A DNA stretch of 60,797 bases, filler included, from Sphacelaria rigidula (taxonomy: Eukaryota): NCBI GenBank assembly GCA_964200075.2. It is 5 parts of 5 records of this genome, joined end to end, with 100 filler letters (N's around TTAATTAATTAA, not from the genome) between each part and the next. Parts side by side here need not be neighbours in the genome. Positions count along the whole stretch, not along the records: positions 36,541 to 48,619 come from CAXNAA020004148.1; positions 48,720 to 60,797 come from CAXNAA020004149.1; 3 more parts are not named here. One strand, given 5' to 3'. Below the pieces are notes generated by a model. The model did not search any database. It was given only the letters and a program-made list of their open reading frames with translations, and was not told where the DNA came from. Numbering within the stretch: the stretch's first letter is position 1; each line of letters starts with the position of its first letter. Both the position numbers and the translations under genes were made by a program. Positions 38,618-50,673 of this stretch are shown here, in pieces.

Positions 38618-41600
38618 AAAAACCCGCCTTCCGACCCCCCCCCCCCCCCCAACCGGTTTCAAACCACAAAAAAAAAAAACAAAAANNNNNNNNNNCATGT
38701 GAAGACCGCATGTTTTCGTTTTCCGGGCCCCCGTACCGCCCCCAGAACCAAACCCCCCCCTCCCCCCCCCCCCCCCCCCCGCCCGCCCCGTTCCCCATGA
38801 TCCACAACAAAATACCGTTCTCGGAACCGTCAGCCTACGCCGATGGCTGTTCAAACGACGATCACAGATACAAGGAATCAAGCCGATCTACACATGGTAC
38901 AGACAAGAGTGTCTATGGCACAAATAACAGCGCGCACGGCCAAGGTGGTGGAAGACATGACTACTTCCGACCAGCGTTTGGTGGCGAATCACACCCCCCC
39001 CACCATCACGTGACACCTTCCATACCATTGATGGGTCGTCCACCCGAACCCCATCAGAATCAAAGAAGGTCGTCGAGGGGGGGTGGTCAAATCCACGGTC
39101 ACCAGTCAGAAGAGCACTATCATCACCGCTCAAACTATGAAGAAGGCCATCTGACACAGTCCGCTCCATACAGCAGCACAGCCGCGTCTGCCGTGTACTC
39201 GAAACGTGCCCAGAATGGTGGAGAAGCGATGGCACCCCCGCCGTGGGCCGTCACCTCAGAAGCGCAAGCAGGTCTGAATGGGACCTCTGCCGCAGAAATG
39301 GAACGACGAATAACGGAGGAGGATCGGCAATGGATGGCGGTAATATACGGTGGTAACTGCGGTTTTTGCAATGTGTTTACAGTCAGCACCAAACTTTCTC
39401 TCTATAAAGACACGTTGCGGGGCGTCTCTTCTCAAACGAAACCCCCCTGGTGTTTTGTCATGGTCTCCTCGTATTCGCAGCCTATTCATTGCCGCTGTAC
39501 TGCTAAAGCGTTCACTTGTCAGGAAGCAGTCGTGTTCTCACCTTGCTTGTCTGCACCTTCCAGGGAGTGGAACTATCTGTGGGTGATTTTGTTAACGGCG
39601 TCCGCCAGTCTACGGCAAACGTCAGAGCTCGACTCTAGGAGCACCCTCTCTCGGTTGCCCCTCACATTTGGGTTCATTTTTTCTCATCTGTTGTTGATCT
39701 TTTTGTGCTTGCCAACACCTCCGTCCGGCCATGCCCGTTGACATGGCAATGTTTAACCCGATTGTGCATCGTTCAGGATCTAGCGTCTGCGACAGAGAGA
39801 CGAACACGGCGCGACAATGAAGTCTTACTACGCGAGATACAGTCCTTGGGAGACAGGATCGATAACATGGTGAGCAACATCGTGCGAAACGATCAAAACG
39901 TCACCCTTCAGACGAGATTGCTGTGCTGTGCTGCCCTGTGCTGTGCTGTGCTCCAGTTTACGCGAGCGCTGTTTAATCTGCATCCTTTCATGCGTTGACC
40001 TTGACGAACATAATCGCAATGCTTGCTCTGAGGCTGTCCCGATTCTTGACTACATTTTCCCTATCTCTTGCTAAGGACAGCAGGCTTGCCCTGCCCATGA
40101 TCCAGAGTTGCTCTGAATTTCTATGTCTAGAGCAATATATTAAATGAAAGCTAAACTGCTGGAAACGTTGTGAAGCACGGCTTACCCGCGCTTGGTATGA
40201 AGGAGCTGACGTTTTGGCAATGGATCAGAAGATGAACACCCCAGGGACAAGTGGCATAGAGCTGTCGCCATTAATTTGTTCAAGTACACGTTTCTGCTTT
40301 GGCCGCTGCTTCGTACCTGTCCGTGGACAGTCGTTGAACGAGCAATACAGCAAGGTGACGCAGGCCGTGAAGTTCGTGCTACTCTACCAACAGTCCGTCA
40401 AACACGGTGACTTCAGCCCGGTCAATATGCTCGAGGAGGCATACAAAAAGGCGATGGACGCGTACACACACCCGAAGGTGATGAGTGATACCTCCTTCGT
40501 CCAGTAAGCGAAGTGCTTCGGCTTTGCTGGGTTGTACCTCGAGCTCTTGAACCAGTGACTGGGTAGCTCACGCTATCGATCGGAACGAACTTTTGAGTCA
40601 AGTAGAGTCGAACGTGTAAAATGACCTGATACTTTTTCGTAGGGATGTCTGGGCCTCAAATTGGACCCCTTTCGGCTCCTTTTCGTCTAGTTCCTGACAA
40701 AAACACTTGAGACAGCCGACAATGAGACAGTTATTTGTCCCTGCTGGTGTGACACGTCAGAATCATCCCCACGATGCTTCACGTGAACGCCAAAATCCTC
40801 GGCGTTTGATGGCTTCCGTTAGGGAAATGTAGAACGCAATAGGAGAGTCGCGTGGTCTGTTGCCACTTTTTGGTGGCAATTCACGCCGTATTCCCAGATT
40901 CACGAGAAGCCGTGCGATCCGACTCACTATCGCGCAAGATTCACTGAGATACGTTGCCTGTAGATGTCATTCATCGATAGCTGAGCATTGAATGTTGGTG
41001 TAAGCTGTCGTGGCCTCAGTGTCGGCGTGTAGTTCGCAAGGACTGACTACATAATGTGGACCCTTTCTGAATCTCCCCGCCCCCCCTCCCTCCATTTCCA
41101 CACGAGGTTTGTTTGGCCGAAGAGATTTTTCGCCACCTGCTTTCTCTGCACCACGCGTGCGCCGGTCAGATTGGCAGGATTTCCGTGAAACTGTCAAGAT
41201 TGATAAAATAAACATTGAAGATGAAAACAAATAGCAGAAGGAAAACAGAGTGTCGTGACGTGATTGATCTGATTGATTCGATTGATTGTCGCGCTTTATC
41301 TGATCGATCCCCCAGGAATCATGATCCAGCCTTACCGTGGTTATTATCCACAGGATGTACGTACCCGACACAAGAAAAATACTGAAGCACTCGCTGAAGA
41401 AAATAAGGAGCAGAAAGGGCAGAAGAGAACAACAGAGTAGGCTAAGACAGGAAAGCAAAACAAATAGATAGAAGAGAAGAAGATGAATGGCCGGCTCTGC
41501 TACATGGCTTCGCCGGACACGGTCTTGAACAGACGCACACTCATGCCCAGTCGTAAAAAACAAAAGGCCGTGGGGAAAGAAATGACAGCGGCTCATCTTC

Positions 41601-44600
41601 TACAGCCGCACAATTTGGGGTATGGATCCTCTCATCCATGAGTGACTTGCGCATACAAATGTCAAGAGGCCTGTGTACATGATGTCCTCGTTTCCTATGT
41701 AAGACCATCACGTATTTGCACCTCCTCGACCCTAATGTCATCTTCACTGCCGCAATCATAAGTTGCGGCGCTCAAGTAGCAGGCTTCCGACGAGAGGATG
41801 GTGAAACATAGTCTTTTTACATTCAGAGACAGCACCTACACGATAATTTCGGAACAACATGCATCCGTCTTCCTCAACCATGGCAGGAAGCTGATGCATC
41901 TTTTTAGCTCAAGCTTCCAGCTCCGGGCAACTCGTGCTAACCGTTCACGTCCATTCAACGTCCTTCTCCGCCTTCAAAAACCACTCTCCGAAAATTCCCC
42001 GGGACAATCAGCGGAAACGGTCTCGGTATGAAAATATCAGAAAGTCGATAATATGAGTATGGAGTTACCGATCACGATATTATCGCTACAACCGCAAACG
42101 TGACCCTTTTCCGTTCGCTGAGTGGGGAACCTGTTGCATTCGATGGCCGTGAGCAAAGTTACGGGTCATGACGCTAAGTTAATCCAATGTGCGTGTTGGA
42201 CCCGTGTGTGCTTTGGTTGTCGCGAGCACGAAGTCAGCCGTGGGTGCGAACCCTTGATATGTACGGGTTACGGTAATCCAATGGTGTTTGTTCTCGCCAT
42301 GCTGTCGTGTCGAGTTTGGTGACGAACCCGTGTACTCGCCAATGCCTTAAACAGTGTTGTTGCTCCCCGCCGTTGCCCCTGTCATGTCTGTCCCGCCCGT
42401 CGTGTACTGCTGGGTGTGCTGTATGTGCTGGCTTTACTGGGTATGCTTTAGTCAATACTCATCATTCAACTTAGTGCGGTGCGAGTAACGATTGTGACAT
42501 CGTACATGAGCGCATCGAACCGTGGCGGTGTTGGTCGAACAGTCGAGCCGGATATGGTGAGGGCCAAAGCAAGCTGCCGGAGGCGACTCAACGACGCGTT
42601 GAAGGTGAAAATCTATTAACGAGCTTTTCAGCCAGTTTGAATGCGTTGTGGTGCTGAAAGGTGTCGTGCGATAGGATGGCAGGGCCTTATAGTGTCATGA
42701 CGCTGTGAAGGTTGAAAAGTGTCTAGCAGCCGGAGCATATATTTGCCAATGATCGCGGAAAATGCACGCTCTGACGGCTCATCAACACTTCGACTTGGCA
42801 ATGGAGTAGTTTGTCCAAAGTGAGCACATACACCAGAGGATGATGTGGTACATACTGCATGACTTGTCGTGAACCACAACCCATTGCCAATGTACGAATT
42901 CCACCGAATTCCACCGTTTTTCATCTGCGGGTGTCTGCTGCAACCATTGTGGACCTGGCAGAAGCTACCAAAGCATACATGGTGTGACCTTTTTCAGAGC
43001 AGTGCTTTCAACATCACCGCCCCCCTTGTCCATTGTCCGTTACACTTACTTAATCTCTTGACTTGGTCTGTTGAATCGAAGGTATTCGACTCGACGTACT
43101 GGTTTCAGCTGCCAGGCGTGCCTGATGGTTGCCTCAGTGTTCTTGTGATCTGTGAGCGAATTGGTCTGCATCAGGTGTCTGTGGTATCATTGTATCGTCG
43201 TTGTATCGTGTGTTGAAGTTGCCTCTGTCTCTGTTCCTTTGCCCTTGTTGCTCGTTGCCGCTCGTTGTTGCTCGTTCCTCCTTTCTGCTTTGACTTGATC
43301 TTGTTCATCGGTTTATTGACCTTAGCTCGAAGGCATATCCGCCTGCTGCAAAAAGTTTTTGTCGTCTCTGAATTCAAGGGGGGAGGAAAAGGAGATGGCT
43401 ACGCGTATGGACACAACGGCAGTTTTTAATATCATCCTGGAGATGATTGCCAGCCTTCACGTTCTCGAACCCTTCGAGCCAACAGACGTGAGTCCATACC
43501 TAGCACCCTGTGCACGATCGTTTTCTTGGCTTGACTCTCCTTGTATCATATACCGCGATTTCGTGGCAATGGTCAGTCGGCCGTCGTATCCTCTCCCCTA
43601 TATGCTTCGCAACCCCGCTCTGATACCCCCCCACCCCCTCGCGTAACCCCGAGAGTTGGAAGGAAATGTATGAATTGTTGTTCTCATTGTTGTGATGCAG
43701 CTTGGATACAGTTTGTGGTAAGACGACCGAGATAATAATGAGGCATATAATCTTCCCATCGGACAGGACCCATTCCAAGATCTGGATGTCTCGGGCGTCG
43801 TTATGCACAGCTTGAGCGAGTTCTGCCGACGGGGATATGGGGATTCGAGCAAGTACCATGACCTCATCCAGCAGTTCGAACACTGGCAATCCAGGTAAAG
43901 AGGACGGCCCACACAGGCTGGCAGGGTGGACATGCTTGCATGTGAATGCTAGCGACACGAAATTTATATCGTTAGGACTCACATTTGTTGAGATATTAGG
44001 CATTAGACATGCTTTTCGGCCCGGTGGATGTGATGACGGTACAAGAATTACTGCCATCCTGGACTCACGCGCGTATCAAGCACACCTGTAAATGTGAGAC
44101 TTTACTGCAAGATGTTCGTCCGTATGCAACAGTTCAGTAAACTCTGCACTTGTGCACTGTGCTGCGTTTCATCGCACAAGGTAGGAGGTTGACGTCACAA
44201 CGAACGTTTGAGATGAAGCCCGAACGCAACCAGTGCTATCGTGCTCGAATGATTTCTCTTTCTTAGAACACAAGGTATATTTCTTTCGAAAGGCCAGCGG
44301 CAGCAGGCGATGGGTCGACCCGGTTTGAGATTGAAAGCTGATACCGTTCTTGCTGCCTTGAAACGTGAAGCCTTTGTCCGCACATGTCAAAATCGATTTT
44401 GCCTCCATTTCGTTCCTCGTGCCGCATGTATTTCGATTTCGTCTAGCCCCCGAAACCAGGAGGCGATCGCTTTGCGAGCCCTGTACAACGCCACAAACGG
44501 CGACACTTGGAATTGCAACCGTGGTTGGGACAAAATTCTCGAAGATGACAAGAGCACTCCCTACGGCGTCACCATGGAAAATGGTTGCGTCACCAAGATC

Positions 44601-47600
44601 TCGCTCGGAGGCAACAATTTGACTGGTGCGCTTAGTTGCCCCCATGAGCATATACATCTCTAGAAGCTTTTGTTTTCGTGACCCGCGTTTTGAAGCCGAG
44701 TACTCGCTAGGCAGCACGAGTGCGGCATCGTGGAGCTGCGGACGGTTCTCTCCCCTGGCCGTTCCTCATTTTCCCTGCATCGCGAGCCCGCAAGACAACG
44801 AACGTCTTGAAAACAGAGCATTTCCTGTTGCCTGCTCCTGGTTGTTTACGCGGGGCGGCGAGCATGTAGTATGGTGTCATGCATATTATAAATACAAATC
44901 AATATGGACGTCGTCGACACATTTGCGTCGTTATTTTGATGGATTATATGTTCACCGGTTCATTGAGGTACGTTTGGCCTTTGAAGTATATATATATATA
45001 TATATACAGTGGGTGGCCGTTTTTGAGGCACACCTGGGGCGGCCGAAGAAGTGTGCCCTTAAAAGGGCACGGGCCTTATGGCGGAAGTGGCCTCTTTGAA
45101 GGCACAAACGGGCCAAACTTGCAGGCAGCGTGCAACTGCGTCGTTAATGTGGAGCATAATGAAATGTACACTTCTCGGAGCACAAAGGTTTCTAAGTATG
45201 GTATTTTATGTGATCGTTATATTATATATTCAGTATTATTATCATTCAGGCAACAGCGGGTTCGAAGCGAATCAGTAATGTGAGGAAATCAATCGATCAA
45301 TCAGGCAAGTAGCGACTATATACTGTATTGCTCCTTGGGTAAGCTTACTCCGTACAGTACAACATCAAGCATACCCCTACGCAGTACAAAGACAGGACAA
45401 CAAAATCAGCGACGACGGTCCCAAGGCGAGAAACATGAACGCAGTGTCTAACAGAGACTCACGAGCGAACCCCTACAACTAGAATCCTACGATGGCAACA
45501 ACATTCCAAATTCGTGAAAACGCCTCAGACCGTACAGCACCACCGACGCGAAATGGATACCAAACAACGTGCCAAACCGCATTCCCTACACAGGGTGACC
45601 GAGAAACACAGTCCAGCAAACCACGCTCCGGTTTTTAAGAAGAAACCCCGCGGAAGAAGCTGCGCATATCGGTCTGTTGAGAGCGCCGCATGGCGTATGC
45701 TTCGATAAAAGCCATCTTATGTCGCATATCCTGTGTGTTTCGTATATGCTTGCGGAGTCCTGGGCACCGCAAAGACCGTGAAGGTAGCCCCCACAACCTC
45801 CACGACATAAATGTGTGCCGACTGTTGACACGCTAGGAGTAAGACTTCGCAGTTTGCACTGCTCCCCTGCTGCGCAAGGCATGGTTTCCAGCGAAGTGCG
45901 CGGGTCCGACCTTCTTCGACTACTTGAACATGACATTTGTACAATTTTTGAAAAGTGGCCTCTTTGAAGGCACACTGTGCCTTATAGTGGACACGAGTTG
46001 GGGCAACCGGAAAAGCGTGCCTTTAAAGAGCCCGTGCCTTAAAACGGAGTGCCTTCAAAAGGGCCACCCACTGCATATATCGTTATCTTGATTGATTGTC
46101 TCGTTTTTTTTTGTTGGCTTCCTCTTAGTCATGATTGACGCAAACCAAATTGCTGAGTGCACGGTCGCGCGTGCGTGCTTCTTTCGTCCCATGATTTTTG
46201 TCAGCGTTGGCCCGTTCACTCAAACCACCATCTTCCTGTAAATCTCCAACCAACTCGTGACGTGCGTGGTCATTCATGATGGGGCATGCGTGCGTGTGAT
46301 GAGTTGAAGAGCTCCAATCTGAGACTGGCTAATTTGAATTGTCGGCCGAGGCTTGAAAAGAAAAAAAAATGCAAGGGACAGGGTTTCATCCATTGATAGG
46401 CCCGAGAATCGCAGCTAACTGTTTTCATTCGTGATGGCCCACTGCAGGTGCTGTTCCAGCGGAGGTGGTGTATCTTCGCCACCTCAGGGAGTTGGCGCTG
46501 CCTGCCAACAAACTGTCAGGTGTGTCACCGACACAGCATCGTGTGGTACCTGGAGTGTCACCGTTGCTGGTGCAATGTGGGGACACTGCAGTGCGATGAT
46601 CAAGGAAACAAGCACCATGATCGACGACGTGAAGCAAGGCAAATCAATCGACGTCATCACCGCGCGTTTTTACGGTGATGGCGCGGAACGAATGCCCTAC
46701 AGTATTATCAACATATGTACCCCATGAAGTGTCTGTGCCATCTAGTCGGGGCCGCTTTAGCTCTAGGCATGTAAACAACGGGGCGCTCGTGAGTCCGTCA
46801 GACTAACCAGCCGTGCCAACCACACCCGATGAGACTCCCTACAGCATGTGTACCAATCTTGCAAGTGTCGGACGAACAATGAGTCGTCTGAATATTACTT
46901 GCTTCTAGTATAAGTGGATCGTACTGAGCGGATCAATCCCCATGCGTTGTTCTCAGCGTTGCACCCCAGGTTAAGGCACTATACGCGCACTCGAGGCACG
47001 TAGAATAGGATAACATGAGTGCAAAGGCGGTTTTGACCCGCGATCGACGTTGTTTCTCTCTTTGGAGTACTCAGGCCTCAGAAATCGTAGATTTGACGTT
47101 TGGAACCGAAGCAGCGATGATGCCATGATTCACTCGACCGGATTTGAAATTGTTTGCAAAGGCCCAACCGACCCGGTCATGCACTGTTGCGGCGTGTGCT
47201 TGTGAAAGCAGGGAGCATTCCTATGGGACTCTGGGATCTGGAACACCTGGCAGTGGTGGCTTTACATGGCAACAATTACTGCCGTAAGTGACCATCACAT
47301 TTTTTTCTTTGAATAAGAATAGGACGTACATACTGTATTCTCACGTGGATCGTATGCGAAGGCAAGACTCGCGGACGCTTTTTGCGAGTAGTGCTTCCTT
47401 AGTGCTTCCTTCGTATATGTGTTTCTAATCCACGTTTCTAGTGCCCCGCTGTGTTCGGCGCCACAGGTTGTTGAGGCGAGGTGTGGAATAATACCATTTT
47501 CATCTCTTGCTCGAAATTGTTTGATTCTTTGGTGGTTTTTCGACCAAGGTATCAGCTAGATATTATCTGCGTCTTCACCGAGAGTGGTTGCCGTGTATGC

Positions 47601-48430
47601 TCGCGTATGTGGCTTCTACAGAGGTGCCGCCTCCGCGGTTCGCGCCAGTAGGACTTGAACGAAGAAGGCCATCTGACCGTGCTATTCCGTGCCCGTCTGC
47701 AAGTGATCCTACTGCTCCCAAGGTACGCAGAATCTAACCTGCACCCGGAGTGGCATTCCACAGAGCCCACGTAGTACACAAAAACGAATTACCCATTGAA
47801 ATATTTGACGAGGCCGATCCTTTGAGATACCTGACGGGATTAAAAGTATGGTTGCCTCGAGTAGCATGCGTCGGAGTAGTGTTTGTCGACCTCCCTCAGT
47901 GTAGTTGCACCAGTTGTTGATGAAACCCGACAGCTGGCACGGTGTCGCGGTGCTCGATGTGCGTAAAGAGTGAAAATATGTTCGCTAACGCACATGTGTT
48001 TTCCGGCGCCGTGGTTTTGTTGTTGTATTATTGCTGCTCTGTGCTGTTACGGTGCTGCCTAGCCGAGGGGTGCATGTATACAGGGATGTATACTGGGGAA
48101 GCGCTACGGCCTACAATACCGCTTCTTTCACCCGCGGAACGGTATAGAATCGAGACTAGTCGAGTCTAACTATGCTAACTAGTATTGTACATGCATTGTC
48201 TCTTGGGATATGTGGCCTGTGCCGTTGAACTTACTTGTTGTGTTCGGTGGTGTGCGTTCGTGGGTGCATGCGTGCCGTTGGGTTTGAGGACGCAGGTGGA
48301 GGTGACACCGCTCCACGCTTCCAAGCTCAAGGTGTACGAGCAAGAGTGGTTCGCGTGCTCTTGGAAAATCGTCAACAATATGGTGGACGACTTCCCGGAA
48401 AACACACGCATCGAGAAGGTGGATAGCTAA
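38111..48430 (+). CDS. Multi-exon gene: unknown N-terminal region followed by a brown-algal-type LRR cap and LRR repeats
   Basis: Exons 38111-38189, about 38501/38710-39339, 39777-39869, 40331-40477, (uncertain exons at 40.9-42.6 kb), 43379-43487, 43767-43894, 44138-44180, 44460-44625, 46448-46519, 47212-47283, 47652-47722, 48296-48418/48430. Linkage of the exons before 40.5 kb to the LRR part is inferred. Confidence 0.65.
44460..44625 (+). CDS. LRR N-cap exon
   Basis: EAIALRALYNATNGDTWNCNRGW..YGVTMENGCVTKISLGGNNLTG, the cap typical of Ectocarpus LRR/ROCO proteins. Confidence 0.88.
45007..46073 (-). mobile_element. Internally deleted Tc1/mariner-pogo-like DNA transposon in an LRR-gene intron
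   Basis: TIR CAGTGGGTGGCC..TTTGAGGCAC / GTGCCTTCAAAAGGGCCACCCACTG in TA-rich flanks; subterminal AAGTGGCCTCTTTGAAGGCACA repeated; Cys-rich ORF remnant MPCAAGEQC..HLCRGGCGGYLHGLCG..HRIC. Confidence 0.7.
46448..46519 (+). CDS. 72-nt phase-1 LRR exon
   Basis: GAVPAEVVYLRHLRELALPANKLS; exactly 72 nt between CAG and GT. Confidence 0.9.
47212..47283 (+). CDS. 72-nt phase-1 LRR exon
   Basis: GSIPMGLWDLEHLAVVALHGNNYC; 72 nt between CAG and GTAAGT. Confidence 0.88.
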
Positions 48431-48619
48431 TACTTCTCAAGATTCTGCATTAGAAAGCAGCCGGTGACCCCGACCCCGAATCTCTCAACGTTGACTTTCA
48501 GCTAACATGTGACTGTAATGGTTGATTGATTTGATTGATTGATTGTCGCACTTTAACCCTTTGGGAACTAGACCCCCAGGGAGTGCTGATTTTTGTTTTG
48601 ATGAATCGGCATCATTTTC

Positions 48620-48719
48620 NNNNNNNNNNNNNNNNNNNNNNNNNNNNNNNNNNNNNNNNNNNNTTAATTAATTAANNNNNNNNNNNNNNNNNNNNNNNNN
48701 NNNNNNNNNNNNNNNNNNN
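48620..48719. other. Artificial 100-nt spacer
   Basis: N-TTAATTAATTAA-N. Confidence 0.99.
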
Positions 48720-48823
48720 TATGAGGCGCTTCATGCAGCCTGAACCTGATCATCAGGCGCTGCATGACCATTTGTTGCGTGACACTTCTAGCTGTTTTTT
48801 GGGGGGGGCTATCGTAGAAAGTG
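48720..48823. mobile_element. MITE family A, partial copy
   Basis: Approximate reverse complement of 539-644, ending GGGGCTATCGTAGAAAGTG. Confidence 0.8.
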
Positions 48824-49059
48824 CCAGTAGTGGCATTGCCGGAACGGTGAAGGAGGGTCCTTTTGTGATCACGGATTCGAGAGATTGGGCTCATGGGCGA
48901 AGAGAAATGACAGCAACATGAAAATAATCGCATGTGTGCCTAACCCTTTTGAGCAGAAGAGTTTTTTCGGAACATTCTTGTGCTCGGCGGCCCTTTCATG
49001 TCTGCTTGACAACGTCGCAGTCTGACGGGGACACGATGGTTGCTGTTTTTTTTTTGTCG

Positions 49060-49329
49060 CACTTTGAACCCCTTCCCTTCCTCGGGACGATCCCATGGTC
49101 TGATGGTCTCAGGGGATCAACCCATCTCTCCCCGGTCTCGCGGATCGGGTCAGTACTCCCACACCGCGTCAACACGTCAAGTATATTCAGTCGACCACTT
49201 CGTTTACTCACGTTCTCACGCTTTCCACGGGGAAAATCAGATACTACGAAGAAAACCCAACGCATCGGGAATCGAACCCTCGTTCTCTCCACCCCGTTGG
49301 CGACAGTCGGACCACTGCACCACCGGGGA
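49060..49329 (-). mobile_element. tRNA-derived SINE family 2
   Basis: Reverse-complement homologue of 58291-58600. Confidence 0.8.
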
Positions 49330-50269
49330 GTATGCATCCCCACCACGGCGTTATAGCACCGTTGGAACTTTAACAGATGTAAACGCATATCGACGCCGCG
49401 CCCTCATGGTATAGTGGTATTTTACCACTGGCATCATTTGAAGGGAGGAAATAACAACGGTGCGTTTCCTGCCGGATGCGTTTAGTCTTTTCCTTTCAGA
49501 TAATCTGATTCACGTTGTCAAAGCGTGAGGACGGACGTGAAAATCGCTACACGAAACGCATTTTTTCATAATCGTGTGGATGTTGGGCATCTACAGCGAT
49601 TGTTGAAATAATGTGGCTGGGACGGGTTGGTGTGTTTTGTGTTTGGTTCGAGTTGTGTTTTGTTTTTTGTGCCAAGGGCAAGAATGATATGTTGTGGGGT
49701 GTATTTTGGTGTTTTTTTTTTTTGTATTTTGACAAGGGGAAGGCAAGAAAATGAAAGCTGAGTCTGCAGAATGAGGGGGCGACAATACCAAGAAGAGTTT
49801 GTTGGACTAATTTTGTTTGATGAGAGTCGACAGGGCGCGGAAGTGGTGATGGTCATCACACACTCGATCCGCGATGCCAAAATGCAAGGCGTGTATCGGA
49901 CAGAGATCGATGAGTTGATATCTTGAGACCACGGACTCGTCCTGAGGAAGTGGAGGGATTGAAGGTGTGACTACACAACCCCACGTGCAACTTCTGTAAA
50001 ATGACCATTTCAGCAGAGATCGACTGTGGTTTCAGAAGCATTTTTCTGCTCCCCCTTGTAAGATCTCATCTCTGATCGTCATGTACGATCACGGAAAAGC
50101 TCATGAGCCGGGGCATGTGTTTCTTACGTCCTCTGCTTTCTAGCGAATGTCTGGTCTGTACGTGATGCTACGGGTATGCGTTTCTTCGTGGGTCAAGTTT
50201 TCACTCTTCACATGCTTTTGACCGTCACTTTGTCTTCGATATTTTTTTTCTACTTTCCGGTGTGTGCAG

Positions 50270-50640
50270 TGCCTGCGGGATAAAGCTTTGCCAGTTCAGA
50301 TCGAGGCGGCTTCGTCTCTTCGGTACCTTATCGAGCTGGATGAGACGGAAGAACCCGTGCTGGCCGTGCTACCCCAGATTTTGGACGAATATTTCCGCAT
50401 CATGCAAGAAATTGGAGTGGATGAGGTACGCAGCAGTAACTTTTCGTTGTGGCTGTCGGCCGCTCTTGTCCTGGCGAATATGTAATTTTTTTTTGTCAGG
50501 ACGAGAATCATGTCAGGACCCCAAGGACCACGCATCATATTTTCAAATGTACTACCCCAAGATGATACTCTACGATTTTGTCCCACCTGCTCCTGTTTTG
50601 TGTTCGATCACGTGTGCCACTTTTGACTGCTGCCGGAATA

Positions 50641-50673
<33 letters not shown>

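Noticed and set aside
38503-38780. Apparent duplication (CATGTGAAGAC.. at 38503 and 38696) with long poly-C and a 10-N gap
   Set aside because: Looks like low-quality reads on both sides of a gap through a C-rich exon; an assembly artefact, not a true duplication or pseudogene.
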